A stretch of DNA of 64,000 bases from Octopus vulgaris (lineage: Eukaryota), in the NCBI GenBank assembly GCA_951406725.2, contig OX597818.1, forward strand, positions 77,190,001 through 77,254,000, given 5' to 3'. A model generated the notes under the pieces. It ran no database searches. It had not been told where the DNA came from and worked only from the letters and a program-made list of their open reading frames with translations. A program made the translations under genes and the position numbers. The number at the start of each line of letters is the position of its first letter. The first letter of the stretch is position 1. Positions 1 through 14,962 of the stretch are shown here, one piece after another.

Positions 1-36
1 ATATATATATACATAAATACATATATATATATATAT

Positions 37-113
<77 letters not shown>

Positions 114-362
114 CATACATATATATATACATACATACATACATACATATATATATATATACATACATATATATAAATATATATACATACATATATATAT
201 ATATACATACATACATACATATATATACATACATACATATATATACATACATACATATATATATATACATACATATATATATATACATACATATATATAT
301 ATACATACATACATATATATATATACATACATACATATATATATATATACATACATATATAT

Positions 363-427
<65 letters not shown>

Positions 428-455
428 CATACATACACACATATATATATATATA
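1..455. repeat. (TA)n/(TACA)n compound microsatellite
   Basis: Directly visible. Confidence 0.97.
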
Positions 456-2004
<1,549 letters not shown>

Positions 2005-2020
2005 CTATATACATACATAC

Positions 2021-3378
2021 ATGGACAGAGATTTAGAGAAGTATTACTTAAAGTTTTTGATGAAATAGAGGGGGATATAGCATCACATGATGTGGAAGAC
2101 AAATGGAGGTATCTATGGGACAACATGCTGAGGGCCACTGACCAGATCTGTGGATGCTGCAACGTCCCCTTTTGACCCAAAGTAACATGATTGCAGAACA
2201 ATGTTGTTGGCAGGGCTATTAATGAAAAGAAACAGGCTTGGGAGAACTGGAAGAATGGTGGTAGCAGGGAATTGTATCAGACTGCCAGAAGGGAAGCTAG
2301 GAGACAGGTTTATTTAGCCAGAGGGGAAGCAGAAAAGAAAATAATTGCCAATGTTCTGCACTGTGAGGATCAAAGACTTGAGGTAGTTCATGTTGCAAGA
2401 CAGTGTGCGTGAGAGAATCGTGATGTCATAGCAGAGAAATGTGTCCGCATGGATGATGATTCACTTACATTAAACAAGGCTGCAAAGAGAGAGTTTTTGA
2501 GATGCTACTATGAAAGGGTGCTCAATAAAGAGAATGAATGGGAGAAAGAGAGTCTGTTGAATGCTGACTCAACAGAGGGACAAGCTATCCGAATTGACAG
2601 TACCTTGGTAGATAAAGAAATTAAGGGTTTGAAGACAGGGAAAGCCCTTGGCCCATCAGGAATCACTGCAGAGATGCTCAAAATATCAGGCAGTGTCAGC
2701 TATAGCCTTGTCACCCATATAGTTAACCAGGTGATACATGAAGGAGTCATACCCAATGACTGGTGTAGCAGCATTATAGTCAACAGCTACAAAGGCAAAG
2801 GTGACGCTTTAGATACAAATAATTACAGAGGTATCAACTTTTTGGATCAGGTAATGAGGGTCATGGAGAGGGTCATAGCCCAACTAATTGGGGAGAAAAT
2901 CAGTCTAGATGAGATGCAGTTTGGGTTCGTGCCAAGGAAAAGCACCACTGATGCTATATTTCTGGTAAGACAGCTGCAAGAGAAATACCTAGCCAAAGAT
3001 AAGCCCCTGTACCTGGCTTTCGTTGACATGGAGAAAGCCTTTGATAGGGTCCCCCGATCCCTTATCTGGTGGTCAATGAGGAAACTAGGGATAGATGAAT
3101 GAGAGCTGGGCAAGCCATGTACAGAGAAGAATTCTGGGTAGGGGCCCACCAAGGATCAGTCCTCAGCCCCCTCTTATTCATCATAGTCCTCCAGGCAATA
3201 ACAGAGGAATTCAAGATAGGATGATCCTGGGAGCTCCTCTATGCTGATGACCTTGCTCTAATAGCTAAGTCACTATCAGAACTAAAGGAAAAGTTTCAGG
3301 TGTGGAAGCAAGGATTAGAATCAAAAGGCCTTAGAGTCAACCTAGCTAAAACCAAAGTCTTAATAAGTAGGAAGGCAG
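2021..3378 (+). mobile_element. RTE-clade LINE internal fragment (degenerate reverse transcriptase)
   Basis: KALGPSGI, NNYRGI, QFGFVP, FVDMEKAFDRVP, and LLYADDL at ~3235; stops and deletions present. Confidence 0.9.
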
Positions 3379-3696
3379 GTTTGTGGGGTTTGTGTAGGCA
3401 TAACGTGCATACCTGTGTGTATGTGCATGCGTGTGCTTGTGTGCGTGTCTGTATGTGTATTTTGTGTTGGAGGTATATGTGCGAACCTGTGCAAGTGTGT
3501 GTGTGTATATGTGTGTGCATGTATTATGTGCGTGTGTATGTGTGTGTGTATGTGCGTGTGTGCATGTGCGTGCATGTGTATATGTGTGTGTGAACCTGGA
3601 GATGCATGTTGGGTTATGTGTGCATATATTTATATATACATACCAATATACAGACATATATATGTATATGTATAACTATCTATCTATCTATCTATC

Positions 3697-3748
<52 letters not shown>

Positions 3749-3989
3749 AGCTTTCAATATGTCTTAACATTTTTCGTTTTGATATATATATATTTTTTTT
3801 CCTTTGTAATTGTGTGAACATGTGTGTGTGTGTGTGTGTGTGTGTGAGTGTATGTATAATAGTGTAAGACTATGTCCGGTGTATAAGTGAGACTTTCATG
3901 TTCACTTCCCCTTCATTTATACAGATATGCATATGTTTGTATATGTGCAGGTGTAAGTGTGTGATAGGAAGATGTGTATATGTGTCATG

Positions 3990-4180
3990 ATAGATCGTTA
4001 GCTCTTCACGCATTTTTTGGTCTCCTTGTTTTTTTCTGTGTATCTTTCTGTTGAAGAGTGTAGGCTCGAAACGTAAAAGACTTTTTCTATTTCTATTCCT
4101 GAGCGCTATACTAATACGTTTGTTTGTTTGTACTCCACCTGCCTTCGTCTTTTATTTATTTTCGTAAACTTTCCCGTTTT
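3990..4180 (+). ncRNA. Short non-coding repeat carrying a variant minimal hammerhead ribozyme motif (4044-4079)
   Basis: cttt-CTGTTGA-a-GAGT gtag GCTC-GAAAC-GTA-aaag; related copies at 23799 and 35252. Confidence 0.6.
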
Positions 4181-4226
4181 ATATATATATACATACACGT
4201 ATATGCGAATGTATGCCCATACATAT

Positions 4227-4382
4227 ATCATCATCATTATCGCTTAACATCTGTTTTCCAGCGGCTGCACAAGGCTTCAATCTGATCTCGCAAGGTTTCT
4301 ACAGCTGGATGCCCTTCTTAACGCCAACCACTCTGAGAGTGTAGTTGCCACCAGCACAGAAGTCAGTCAGGCAGCCCTGGCA
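4227..4382 (-). mobile_element. RTE LINE 3'UTR fragment
   Basis: (CAT)n head plus ctacagctggatgccctt..acgccaaccactc core, shared with the 25718 copy. Confidence 0.75.
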
Positions 4383-4486
4383 TATATATATATATATATA
4401 TAATTATTATTTGAGGGAATAAAATCCAAACTTACAAGGAAAAAAATTCAATTTAGAAATACTAGAACAAATTTCACACAATATAA

Positions 4487-5940
4487 TATATATATATAAA
4501 AAATTAGAAAAGAACCACCTTTTATCAATTCAAAATAAACAATTAAATTACACCATCTAGAAAATTACATATTATAGACAAGTTAAAATTAAAATAACAA
4601 TAAAATTTTTCTTGATAGTATTTTTTACGTCCAATGTTTAAATTGTTATAAAAGATTTTATGTTTTACATATTATTTAATTTGAGAATTAATATTGTTAG
4701 ACTATATTTCTTTTAATAATTAGATAATATTTTCAGTAGTATTATTTTTAAATAAACTAGTTTTTATTTTAATATAAAGTTGATGTTTAACTTTTTTATC
4801 GTGTGATATATTAAATCTATAGATATTATACATGGATATTAATATAACGAATTTATATAATTGACTTGAGTATATTTGATTGTATAATTTTTGATTGTAT
4901 TTTTCATGAATGGAATCGATTGAGTATATTAATTAGACACTTATAATATTGATACATTTACAATCTAGATAGATTAACAGAATCGTTGAACTTAGTAATT
5001 TAGTTTGCTTATCAATATTAGTTAGATCTTGCTATTATTTTGACTTTGCTCGTTGTTATTATTGTTATTGTTATTGACTGGTTTGGTAGAGGACTGGTGA
5101 TTGTGATTGTACATCTTCATAGTGTATTGTTCTTTGGTTCTAATATTTTTGCACCTTTCTTTAATTTGGGGTTGATAGGTTTTCTTACTTTCCATTAACA
5201 TATTATTCTCGCTATTATATTTTTTATACATTTTCATATATATATTGAAAGATATTACTTACGATAGTTATTAATTATTATCTCTCTCTCTCTCTTTTTT
5301 TTAAATATATTATATTATATATATAGGTGACTTATGTATTTGTAATACTAAATTTAAGTTAATTAGGTATTATATTATTTGATATTTAGTCAACTTTGTT
5401 ATAGATTGCTATATTAAATCTATAGATACTACACATGTATATTTATTATATGGTTAGCTTATTTAAGGAGTTTGTCTATATTTGAAACATTTCTTATTTT
5501 GATTACAATTTAATGACTTGTACTAGCTTTGTGCATTTTATTTAATTTTAAAGTATTTAATTATTTAAGTATTATTTTATTTTTCACTTATGTATATTTA
5601 GGATTTTCATATACACATATATATATATATATATTAAAGTATATTTATTAATTAATTATTTTATTGTTCTATTTTATTTTTAACCTGATGAGCGACTATA
5701 TTTATATTGAAGTGATTTCTCTACTACTATAATCATTTCTTAAATATAGCCTCAAAACACGTGTCGCTTTTCTACATATTATATACGTTTTTATTATTAT
5801 TTTTGCAATTTACTTAATCTTTACATTTTATTGTTATTTTAATTTTAACTTTTCTCTTATATGTAATTTTCTAGATGGTGTATTTTCATTGTTCATTTTG
5901 AATTGATAAAAGATGTTTTTTTTCTAATTTTATATATATA
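4487..5940 (+). mobile_element. AT-rich fold-back element (Penelope pLTR-like) with degenerate hammerhead at 5682-5770
   Basis: ~120-bp inverted arms at 4487-4607 and 5825-5940; CTGATGAG, long stem II (ctatattta/taaatatag), CTC-aAAAC-acgt-GTC. Confidence 0.6.
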
Positions 5941-6204
5941 TATATATAGATACAGATAGATAGATATATGCATGTATACATACATATATATATATATGCA
6001 TAAATGCCTAAATATATATGTATGCATGCAGACACCTATGTGTATATGAGGATGAAGCTGCGTGCACATATACATATATACACATATGTATGCATGTGTG
6101 TGTGGCTATGTGTGAATGTATGATTAAGTACATGCACATATATGTTTGTGTGTGTATGTGCATGTACATATACATGTTTGTGTGAGTGTGTATATATGTA
6201 GAAT

Positions 6205-6778
6205 TTCAAATCATTTCCATAGCTAGCAAGAATCGCTATCTAGGTAGTTGAGGGCATATCTAAGAGGGCCACTACGAAAAGCAGTTGTCCCAAGACAGGG
6301 CCTTGTGGAACACCGCTCACTATTTGTATTTTCTTTCAGGTGGCTCCATTAGCTATTACTGCCTGACTTCTGTCTTTCAGAAAGTCATGTAACTACTCTC
6401 CAAGTTTTCTAGCTATGCTGAGATCATGCAATTTGTGACGTATCATATCATGATCCAATTTATCAAAAGCTTTTGCAAAGTCAAGGTATATTACGTCCAT
6501 ATTTGAGTTGTTCAGTAACTGCTTCAACACCCAGTCATAGTGCTGTAAGAGCTGGATCACGCAGCTTCTACCTGGTCAAAATCCATGCCAGGTATCACTC
6601 AGCAAGTCGTTTTCTTCAAGGAATGCAATTAGTTTCCCTCTGACTATCTGCTCCATGAATTTGCTGATGTGTGAAGTCAGAGAAATAGGCCTAGAGTTTT
6701 TGGCATCTGCTCTGCTTTCCCCTTTATGGATTGGGCATAATATTCCCTCCTATCATTTGCTTGGCAGCCTGCCATTTG
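6205..6778 (-). mobile_element. CR1-like LINE reverse transcriptase fragment
   Basis: Minus strand reads YLDFAKAFDKLDH..FLKDRSQAV..SGVPQGPVLG. Confidence 0.82.
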
Positions 6779-6800
6779 CATATATATATATATATATATA

Positions 6801-6977
6801 GTTAATCCAAACATGAAAGCACAAAAAAACACAACAACGCGAGGACGTGGAACAAATATAGTATTATTGGACGCTCAGGAAAGAAGGAGGGTTTAACATT
6901 TCGAGCGGAGCTCTTCATCAGAAACATAGGAGAAGGAAAGATCCAGAGAAGGGAAGACAGAGGGAAAGAAATCGCCA
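6801..6977 (-). ncRNA. Hammerhead-bearing short repeat (family A), HHR motif 6891-6925
   Basis: Minus strand: gttt-CTGATGA-a-GAGC tcc GCTC-GAAAt-GTT-aaac; flanked by (TA)n; homologous to 8550-8733 and 53972-54105. Confidence 0.7.
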
Positions 6978-6979
6978 TG

Positions 6980-7023
<44 letters not shown>

Positions 7024-7026
<3 letters not shown>

Positions 7027-7722
7027 TCATCATCATCATCATCATCATCATTTAACGTCCGCCTTCCATGCTAGCATGGGTTGGACAGTTCAACTGGGGT
7101 CTGGGGAGCCCGAAAGCTGCACCAGTCCAGTCAGATCTGGCAGTGTTTCTACAGCTGGATGCCCTTCCTAACGCCAACCACTCCGAGAGTGTAGTGGGTG
7201 ATTTTATGTGCCACCGACACAGGTGCCAGACGAGGCTGGCAAATGGCCACGCTCGGATGGTGTTTTTTATGTGCCACCGACACAGGTGCCAGACGAGGCT
7301 GGCAGACGGCCACGCTCGGATGGTGTTTTTTATGTGCCACCGACACAGGTGCCAGACGAGGCTGGCAGACGGCCACGCTCGGATGGTGTTTTTATGTGCC
7401 ACCGACACAGGTGCCAGACGAGGCTGGCAGACGGCCACGCTCGGATGGTGTTTTTATGTGCCACCGACACAGGTGCCAGATGAGGCTGGCAAACGGCCAC
7501 GATCGGATGGTGCTTGTTACGTGCCCACAGCACGGAGGCCAGTCGATGCGGTACTGGCTACGGCCACGTTCGGATGGTTTTCTTATGTGCCACGTGCCAC
7601 CGGCACTGGTACCACAAAGATACGAATTCCATTGATGTTCATCTATTTTGATTTGTTTTGATTTGATTTACACTTGCCTCAACAGGTCTTCACAAGTGTC
7701 ACAAGAAGGAAGGTATGCACAG

Positions 7723-7726
<4 letters not shown>
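7024..7726 (-). mobile_element. RTE LINE 3'UTR (5'-truncated) with five tandem ~60-bp units
   Basis: Same sequence as the 3'UTR directly downstream of the RT ORF at 25718-26241; (GAT)n tail on the minus strand. Confidence 0.88.
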
Positions 7727-7769
<43 letters not shown>

Positions 7770-7805
7770 ATATACATATATATGTATATATACATATATA
7801 TATGT

Positions 7806-8109
7806 GGAGGCGCAATGGCCCAGTGGTTAGGGCAGTGGATTCGCAGTAGCAGGATCGTGGTTTCGATTCCCAGACGGGGCGTTGTGAGTGTGTATATAGC
7901 GCGAAAACACCTAAAGCTCCACGAGGCTCCTGCAGGGGGTGGTGGCAATCCCTGCTGTACTCTTTCGCCACAACTTTCTCTCATTCTTTCTTCTGTTGGC
8001 CTGCTCGCTTAGCCAGCGGAGTGGCGTCATTTGAAGGCTAAAACAATGTGAAGCGCATTGTGACCAGCGATGTGTAGCAACATCTGATAGCCTGGTCGGT
8101 CACAGTGAT
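7806..8109 (+). mobile_element. tRNA-derived SINE
   Basis: A box TGGCCCAGTGG and B box GTTTCGATTCC at the head, unrelated body, inserted in (TA)n. Confidence 0.8.
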
Positions 8110-8124
8110 GTATATATACATATA

Positions 8125-8156
<32 letters not shown>

Positions 8157-8339
8157 CATACATATATATATATATACATACATATATATATATATACATA
8201 CATATATATATATATACATACATATATACATACATATATATATACATACATATATACATACATATATATATATACATACATATATACATACATATATATA
8301 TACATATATATATATATACATATATATATACATATATAT

Positions 8340-8382
<43 letters not shown>

Positions 8383-8549
8383 TATATATATATATACATA
8401 CATATATAAACATATATATATATACATACATATATAAACATATATATATATACATATATATACATATATATACATACATATATATATATAAACATATATA
8501 CATATATATATATATACATATATATATTTAAACATATATACATATATAT

Positions 8550-8733
8550 GATTTTTTTTTCTTCTGTCTTCCCTTCTCGGGATCTTTCCTTCTCCTTTGT
8601 TTCCGACGAAGAGCTCCGCTTGAAACGTTAAACCCTCCTTCTTCCCTTCTTTCCTGAGCGTCCAATAATACTTTATTTGTTCCACGTCCTCGCGTTGCTG
8701 TGTTTTTTTGTGTTATCTTGTTTGGATTAACTT
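8550..8733 (+). ncRNA. Hammerhead-bearing short repeat (family A), degenerate HHR 8599-8633
   Basis: gttt-CcGACGA-a-GAGC tcc GCTt-GAAAC-GTT-aaac; reverse complement of the 6801-6977 unit. Confidence 0.65.
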
Positions 8734-8812
<79 letters not shown>

Positions 8813-8848
8813 CAAAGTGAAGTTGTAAGGTACTGCACGAGTGGAATT

Positions 8849-9040
8849 ATATATGAAAGAAGGTTTGAAAATGCAATTTTAAAAGTTGTTTATTCACTTG
8901 ACCAGTTTCACTTTTTTAGAAAAAAATTGTCAAAAAAAGCTTTTACATGTTACTTTCAACAATCTTTTTCTAAAAAAGTGAAACCGATCAAGTGAATAAA
9001 CATCTTTTAAAATTGCACTTTCAATCCTTCTTTCATATAT
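8849..9040. repeat. Fold-back inverted repeat (~80-bp arms) containing a hammerhead 3' half
   Basis: Arms 8849-8930 and 8959-9040; GAAACCGaTC at ~8980 and its inverse gaccagtttc at ~8900. Confidence 0.75.
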
Positions 9041-9089
9041 ATATACACATATTTATATATAAGCATATCTATATATATATCAATATATG

Positions 9090-9159
<70 letters not shown>

Positions 9160-9285
9160 CATATACGGGTTTGTGTGGGTGTGTGTGTATATATATAAAT
9201 TAATCAAAGGACATATATCAAGTATGTCTACCTGCTGGGAATAGCTGTCAAAAGTCTTATTTAAATCCCCGAAATATATATATAT

Positions 9286-9640
9286 ATACTGTTGTGTCTG
9301 GGAAGAGTCATTTTCTTTTTGTGCCTTATAATTTAACACACTCACCAGTAAAATTTCCACTTATTTCTTATTTTTATTTTCCTAAAATTTTTGTTGCAAC
9401 GTTTTCATCCATAAATACGTACATGCATAGGCACACACACACACACACACACAAACCTACACACATGTGCACAAACAAGCAAAAAGGAACGCTGTGTAAA
9501 TAACGGAAAGAGTCAAGTTTGCAAGACACAACGAAAATTTTAGGAAAATAAAAATAAGAAATAAGTAGAAATTTTACCGGTGAGTGTGTTAAATTATAAG
9601 GAACAAAAAGAAAATGATTCTCCCCAGACACAACAGAATA
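9286..9640. repeat. Inverted pair of ~110-bp repeats around a (CA)n-containing spacer
   Basis: 9286-9397 is the reverse complement of 9527-9640; ORFs 9294+ and 9374- share the peptide [16 protein letters not shown]. Confidence 0.8.
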
Positions 9641-9702
9641 TGCTTCAACATATGAACTCACATAAAGAATCTTGCAAACCAAATCCAAAAACGAGATATA
9701 TA

Positions 9703-9740
<38 letters not shown>

Positions 9741-9752
9741 TATATATATATC

Positions 9753-9795
<43 letters not shown>

Positions 9796-9797
<2 letters not shown>

Positions 9798-10643
9798 TTC
9801 AGATGAATATGGTACTTAAGTTAAAAGCACCAGAATTTTGTATGGTATTATCCATATAAATCAAATGGGGTGATTATAATCAAAATAAGCAACAAAGATA
9901 TCCAAGGTAGTGTAGTACAATTGTTTCATGCTACTTCATTTTAATAAACACTGTAAGTATTACATCAGTTAATGTTGGCAAATGAAATAAGTATAAGAAT
10001 GTGCATTGTCAGTTTAATTGAAAAATTCTATATGTGGCTGAAGATTGCTCGACATTTTAAAACTGATGTAATACTTACAGTGCTTACTGGCATCCGTGCT
10101 AGCGGGGTGCAAAGAGCACCATACAAGTGTGATCGTTGACAGAGAGGCTATTCGAGTATGATCGTTACCAGCATCGCCTTACTGGCACTTATGCCTGTGC
10201 TAGTAGGGTGCCAAGAACACCATCCGAGCGTGATCGTTGTGATCATTGCCAGAGCAGCCAACTGGCTTCCGTACCCATGGCACGTAAAAGGGCACCATTC
10301 GAGTGTGATTGTTACGAACGTCGCTTCACTGGCACCTGTGTCGGTGGCAAGTGTAAAAAGATTCGAGTGAGGTCATTGCCAGTACCGCCTGACTGGCCCC
10401 CGTGCGGGTAGCATGTAAAAAGCACCCACTACACTCATGGAGTGGTTGGCGTTAGGAAGGGTATCCAGCTGTAGAAACTCTGCCAGATCAAGACTGGAGC
10501 CTGGTGCAGCCATCTGGTTGCCAGCTCTCAGTCAAAACCGTCCAACCCATGCTAGCATGGAAAACGGACGTTAAACGATGATGATGATGAAGTAGCATGA
10601 AACAATTGTATTACACTACCTTGGATATTTTTGTTGCTTATTT

Positions 10644-10647
<4 letters not shown>
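9796..10647 (+). mobile_element. Fold-back pLTR-like element whose hammerhead is split by an RTE 3'UTR insertion
   Basis: 9875-9970 is inverted relative to 10061-10085 plus 10589-10647; tgtgg-CTGAAGA (~10039) ... GAAAC-AATT-GTA-ttaca (~10599); family end also at 28400 and 54322. Confidence 0.55.
10086..10590 (+). mobile_element. RTE LINE 3'UTR fragment
   Basis: Ends in ggacgttaaacgatgatgatgatg, the family 3' terminus. Confidence 0.85.
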
Positions 10648-10682
<35 letters not shown>

Positions 10683-10829
10683 CATCATCATCATCATTTA
10701 ACGTCTGCTTTCCATGCTAGCATGGGTTATAAAAATATATATGTATACTCTCTTTTACTCCTTTACTCATTGTAGGCATGTGGCTGCAGTCATTCTGGAT
10801 CACCATCACTGTCTTTCTCATTTTCTCAG

Positions 10830-11715
10830 TGCAGGGTGTTTCACATCACCACTCCTGTATGTGCCTTTGTCCTAGCTGTTGGTCCATTTGGTGTCCAAGG
10901 GAGTTTTAATTCGCTGTTCTTGTCTGGACCTCATGTTGGGCTGTTGGTTCATCCGGTGTTGTGGAGAGGAAGGTGTCTAGTTCCTTTTTGAAGACATCTG
11001 CTTCGACCTTATGCTGATTTCTTAATTTTTGTAGCTGGGCATTGAAAATTTGTGGGCCTTTGAACCTTAGACTATTGCAGTATTGGTCCTGAATTTATAT
11101 GGAGTCGATGCTACAATGGTGGCCAGTTCTGGCATTTGTATGACACTCAATGCCGAAATTAGTACTAGCCCTTCTAAGGTTTACCATATGTATATTATTG
11201 CATATCTCACACGCCTTTGCTCCAAGGAGTAAAGTTGCAGTTTTCTTAGCCTATCCCTGTAGCCCATCTGCTGCACTGTGTCAATCTTTTTAGTGTAGTG
11301 GCATTGGACTGCTTCAAGCTCCACTGTTAGTTTGGTACTATGTGTGACCAGAACTGGGAACAGTAGTCCAGGTGGCTGAAAACAAAGGTTCTCCACAAGG
11401 TCAACATATTTTCTTGGACTCTCATCTTGAAAGACCTCAGTACCCATCCTGCCATTTGTCTGCACTTTGCTGCCATTCTGGTAATGTACTGTACCCTTAT
11501 TTGAAACCTCCTCTGATATGTGGCACTTGGTCAATGAAGGAGTTGATGCTGCTGCCTTCATCTGTATTTCCTGGTATGCGGTAGGCTGTTCTGGAACCCT
11601 TGACAGGAGGAGATCCAGTTTTGTCTTGAAGACACATCCACACCATATAGGTCTCTCAGGCATTTTGGAAGGATATTGAAGAGCTGTGGCACCTTGAAAA
11701 CAAAGCTGTTGCAGT
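10830..11715 (-). mobile_element. CR1/I-like LINE C-terminal fragments
   Basis: LEAVQ..YRDRLRKLQLYSLEQRRVRYAIIYIW and FKTKLDLLLSRVPEQP motifs. Confidence 0.7.
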
Positions 11716-11759
11716 ATCATATATATATATATATATATATACATACATATATACATCTT

Positions 11760-11960
11760 AGTTTCCAGGTCCTGCACCATGTGGCGCATTGGGTGGCAAG
11801 GCTCTTTTCCAATATGGTCAGTCGGCTGCAGTGATTTCAGCTTCATCCCATGAAATGTCAATGGCTTTGAGGTCATCAATGAACGTGTGGCGCCAAGTTG
11901 CTTTCGGCAGCCCTTGTTTTCCCGTGGCATGCGGTGGCTTCCGCAGAATAGCGGTTTCAG
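11760..11960 (-). mobile_element. RTE-type LINE C-terminal fragment
   Basis: GKQGLPKATWRHTF..DISWDEAEITAAD resembles the RTE C-terminal GRP..TW..AxDR motif. Confidence 0.6.
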
Positions 11961-12285
11961 CATGTGCATACATGTGTATGTACATGTATATACATACACA
12001 CACACACACATATATATATATATATTACACACACATATATATATATATATCTACATACATACATATTCATGTATGTATACATAATCATGTGTACATACAT
12101 ATATATTTATATATACATATACATTATATGTACATATATATATATATATACATTCATATAAATATACACTTATATACAAACATATTGATACATATATATA
12201 CATGCATACATATATGTATATAGATAGATATACATATATATATTCATATATAATATACATGCACACATAATATATACATATACAC

Positions 12286-12325
<40 letters not shown>

Positions 12326-12581
12326 CATGCACACATAATATATACATATACACGTATACTCTTTTACTCTTTTACCTGTTTCAGCCATCCGGCTGAGGCC
12401 ATGCTGGGGCACCGCCCTTGTTGCTACCCTCTCTAAGTCCAGTTTGCCGTGGCTGGCCACTGATCTAAGAGAGAGTTTGTAACTGCTGCCCTTAGGTTAC
12501 CTTCGTACCTTGCAGTGGGTTCATCTGGGATCCCGGAAAGCAGCTTGTCTATATATATATATATTTATATATATATATATT

Positions 12582-12613
<32 letters not shown>

Positions 12614-12835
12614 GACACACACATATATATATATATATACACATATATATATAATATATATATACATACACACACATACAATGTACATATATATATATAC
12701 ATATATAACACACACACACATTAAATATACACAGACACACACACATATATATAGAGAGAGATGATCCACTTGAAGCGAGAAATAACAGGGCTAAATACGA
12801 ACGTTGAGTACTCGTATGTATAAATTGTAATGTTT

Positions 12836-13050
12836 AAGGCGACGAACTGGCAGAATCGTTCGCACGCCGGGCAAAATGGTTAGTGGCATTCCGCCCGTCT
12901 TTACGTTCGAAGTTCAAATTCTGCCGAGATCGACTTTGCCTTTCGTCCCCTCGAGATCGATAAAATAAGTCTAGTTGAACACAAGGATCGATGTAATCGA
13001 CTTAGTTACTCCGCCGAACCTGCTGGCCTCGTGCTAAATCTTGAAACCAG
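12836..13050 (+). mobile_element. tRNA-headed SINE with Meta-like core
   Basis: ggcgacgaactggcagaatcg.. head, gttcaaattc B box, gactttgcctttc..gataaaataagt core; relatives at 51180-51310, 51367-51565 and 56915-57017. Confidence 0.75.
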
Positions 13051-13240
13051 TATATCTGAAACGGTCTAATTTGCAGTATTCAGAATTGTTGTTTCCGGTG
13101 ATCAGCTTTTAAATCCTATACATATATAAACATATATACATACATCAACGCACATATATTTATATAAATATCCACACATAAACGTGTAATTATATAAATA
13201 TATACGTATGTGTATTTATATAAATGTATATCTATAAGTA

Positions 13241-13273
<33 letters not shown>

Positions 13274-13290
13274 AGAATTTATATTATATA

Positions 13291-13322
<32 letters not shown>

Positions 13323-14908
13323 AGTATTTATATTTTATATATATATATATGTATGTATATAAACAGTGAGTATTGTCTATACACACATGTGGCTGAAAAA
13401 CAGGCGGGGATTTTTTTTGTAAACTCCTCCTCTTTAAACAGATAAGCATGGTTAGTACGGTGTTCGACTAAAGAAAATATCTTCATAAAAATAGAATATG
13501 GAGCAGAAGACTTCGACTGGAAGCTTCTGTGAAAGAACGGTTATTGAAGAGACAGATTAAAATAGATACATTTAGATATCTCTCTCTATATATATTGATG
13601 TATATAAGCATGGATATAATGGATATTTTATGGTTGGGTGAAATGAATTTAAATTTAGAGATTGATTAAAGCAAAGGGGGAATGTGAGAGAAGGATGAAG
13701 TTAAGTAGAAGCCAAGGTAATGTGGAGTAGAAAAAATTCCCTCCCCGTTGAGGGAAGTGCGAGAGATGGAGGAGGTGCAAGCTGTGAGCACATGTGCTCA
13801 GAAATACAAAACATAACAACATAAACATACTCTGACGGCGATGATGACAGATGAAAAAATAGGTACTAACATTTTCAAGAAGAGAAGTTTATATGCAAAA
13901 AAAAATTTTTTTAAACCAAGATACTTCGAAGAATGAAATTATTTTTAGCATTTTATCCTAAAGATAGGAATAATTTAGTGGAATTAGCTTGATATAAAAT
14001 AGAAATTATAAAAAATTCTTCAAACAGAACAGGATTACGTAAGACCAAATAACATTTCGTTTTCTATTTCCAGTGGAAATGAAGATTTTACGTTGATGAC
14101 AGTAAGAATTGGTCAAAGCTACTCAAGAATGGAACCATTTGTATATATAACAAAGATTGTGTCAGTAATTTGCTGTGTTGAAACAAAGAAAAATATATAT
14201 TGTTTTGCTTTTCTTTTAAATTGCGAAACAGATTCGATTTTTTAAAAAATTATCAATTTTTTTTTCGATGGAAAGAGAAAAAATATCGTTTACTTCTGAA
14301 GAAGAAAGTTTATTTAAATTTTATTTCACTTGAATAAAAAAAAACATTATAATGATTGCAATAATCACAATTTTAAATAGTTTTGGTTTTCTGTAATTTG
14401 AAAAAACATAGAGGAAATATTTTTCAACAAGAAAAAAAATTTTTTTTACAAGAAATATTCCACAATCAAACAAATATTTAAAAGGCATCTTTTGACAGAG
14501 AAAAGAGGAATAAAAAAGAGAAGAATTTACTTTGAAGCTGAGCTAAAATTATTACGCAATTTTCCCCAAGATGGTAAATAAATTTGATGGCCAGTTGTTG
14601 AGCATCATTTCCAAATAAATGTGTTTTAAAACAAATAATTCTTCTTGTTTTGTATGGCAGACATCGATATTAAGTTAACTTCGGACAAATGTTTATTTGC
14701 TTTGCTAAATTTCTAATGAATTAGCACAAAAGATCAGGAATGATACAAGAATTGAGGAGATAGAGTAATTTCTAATGAAGATCGAAATACCAAAAATATA
14801 TTAATGAAAAAGATAAAACAAACCTGGATGCCATCACTAGTTGGACTGATATAATTCTTGGGTTGGTAATAATGGCTATATTATAGCATATGCGGGTGGG
14901 TGTATATA

Positions 14909-14962
<54 letters not shown>

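Noticed and set aside
5022-5237. 71-aa ORF as a Penelope GIY-YIG remnant
   Set aside because: Only a vague Y..P..RC..E resemblance, low complexity, and opposite in orientation to the adjacent hammerhead.
7052-7661. Repetitive Cys/His-rich ORFs (MLAWVG..CHRHRCQTRL) here and at 21112, 25741, 27682, 40114 and 51624
   Set aside because: Antisense readings of the RTE 3'UTR minisatellite.
7806-7880. tRNA gene
   Set aside because: A and B boxes are present but there is no complete cloverleaf or terminator, and the sequence continues into a SINE body.
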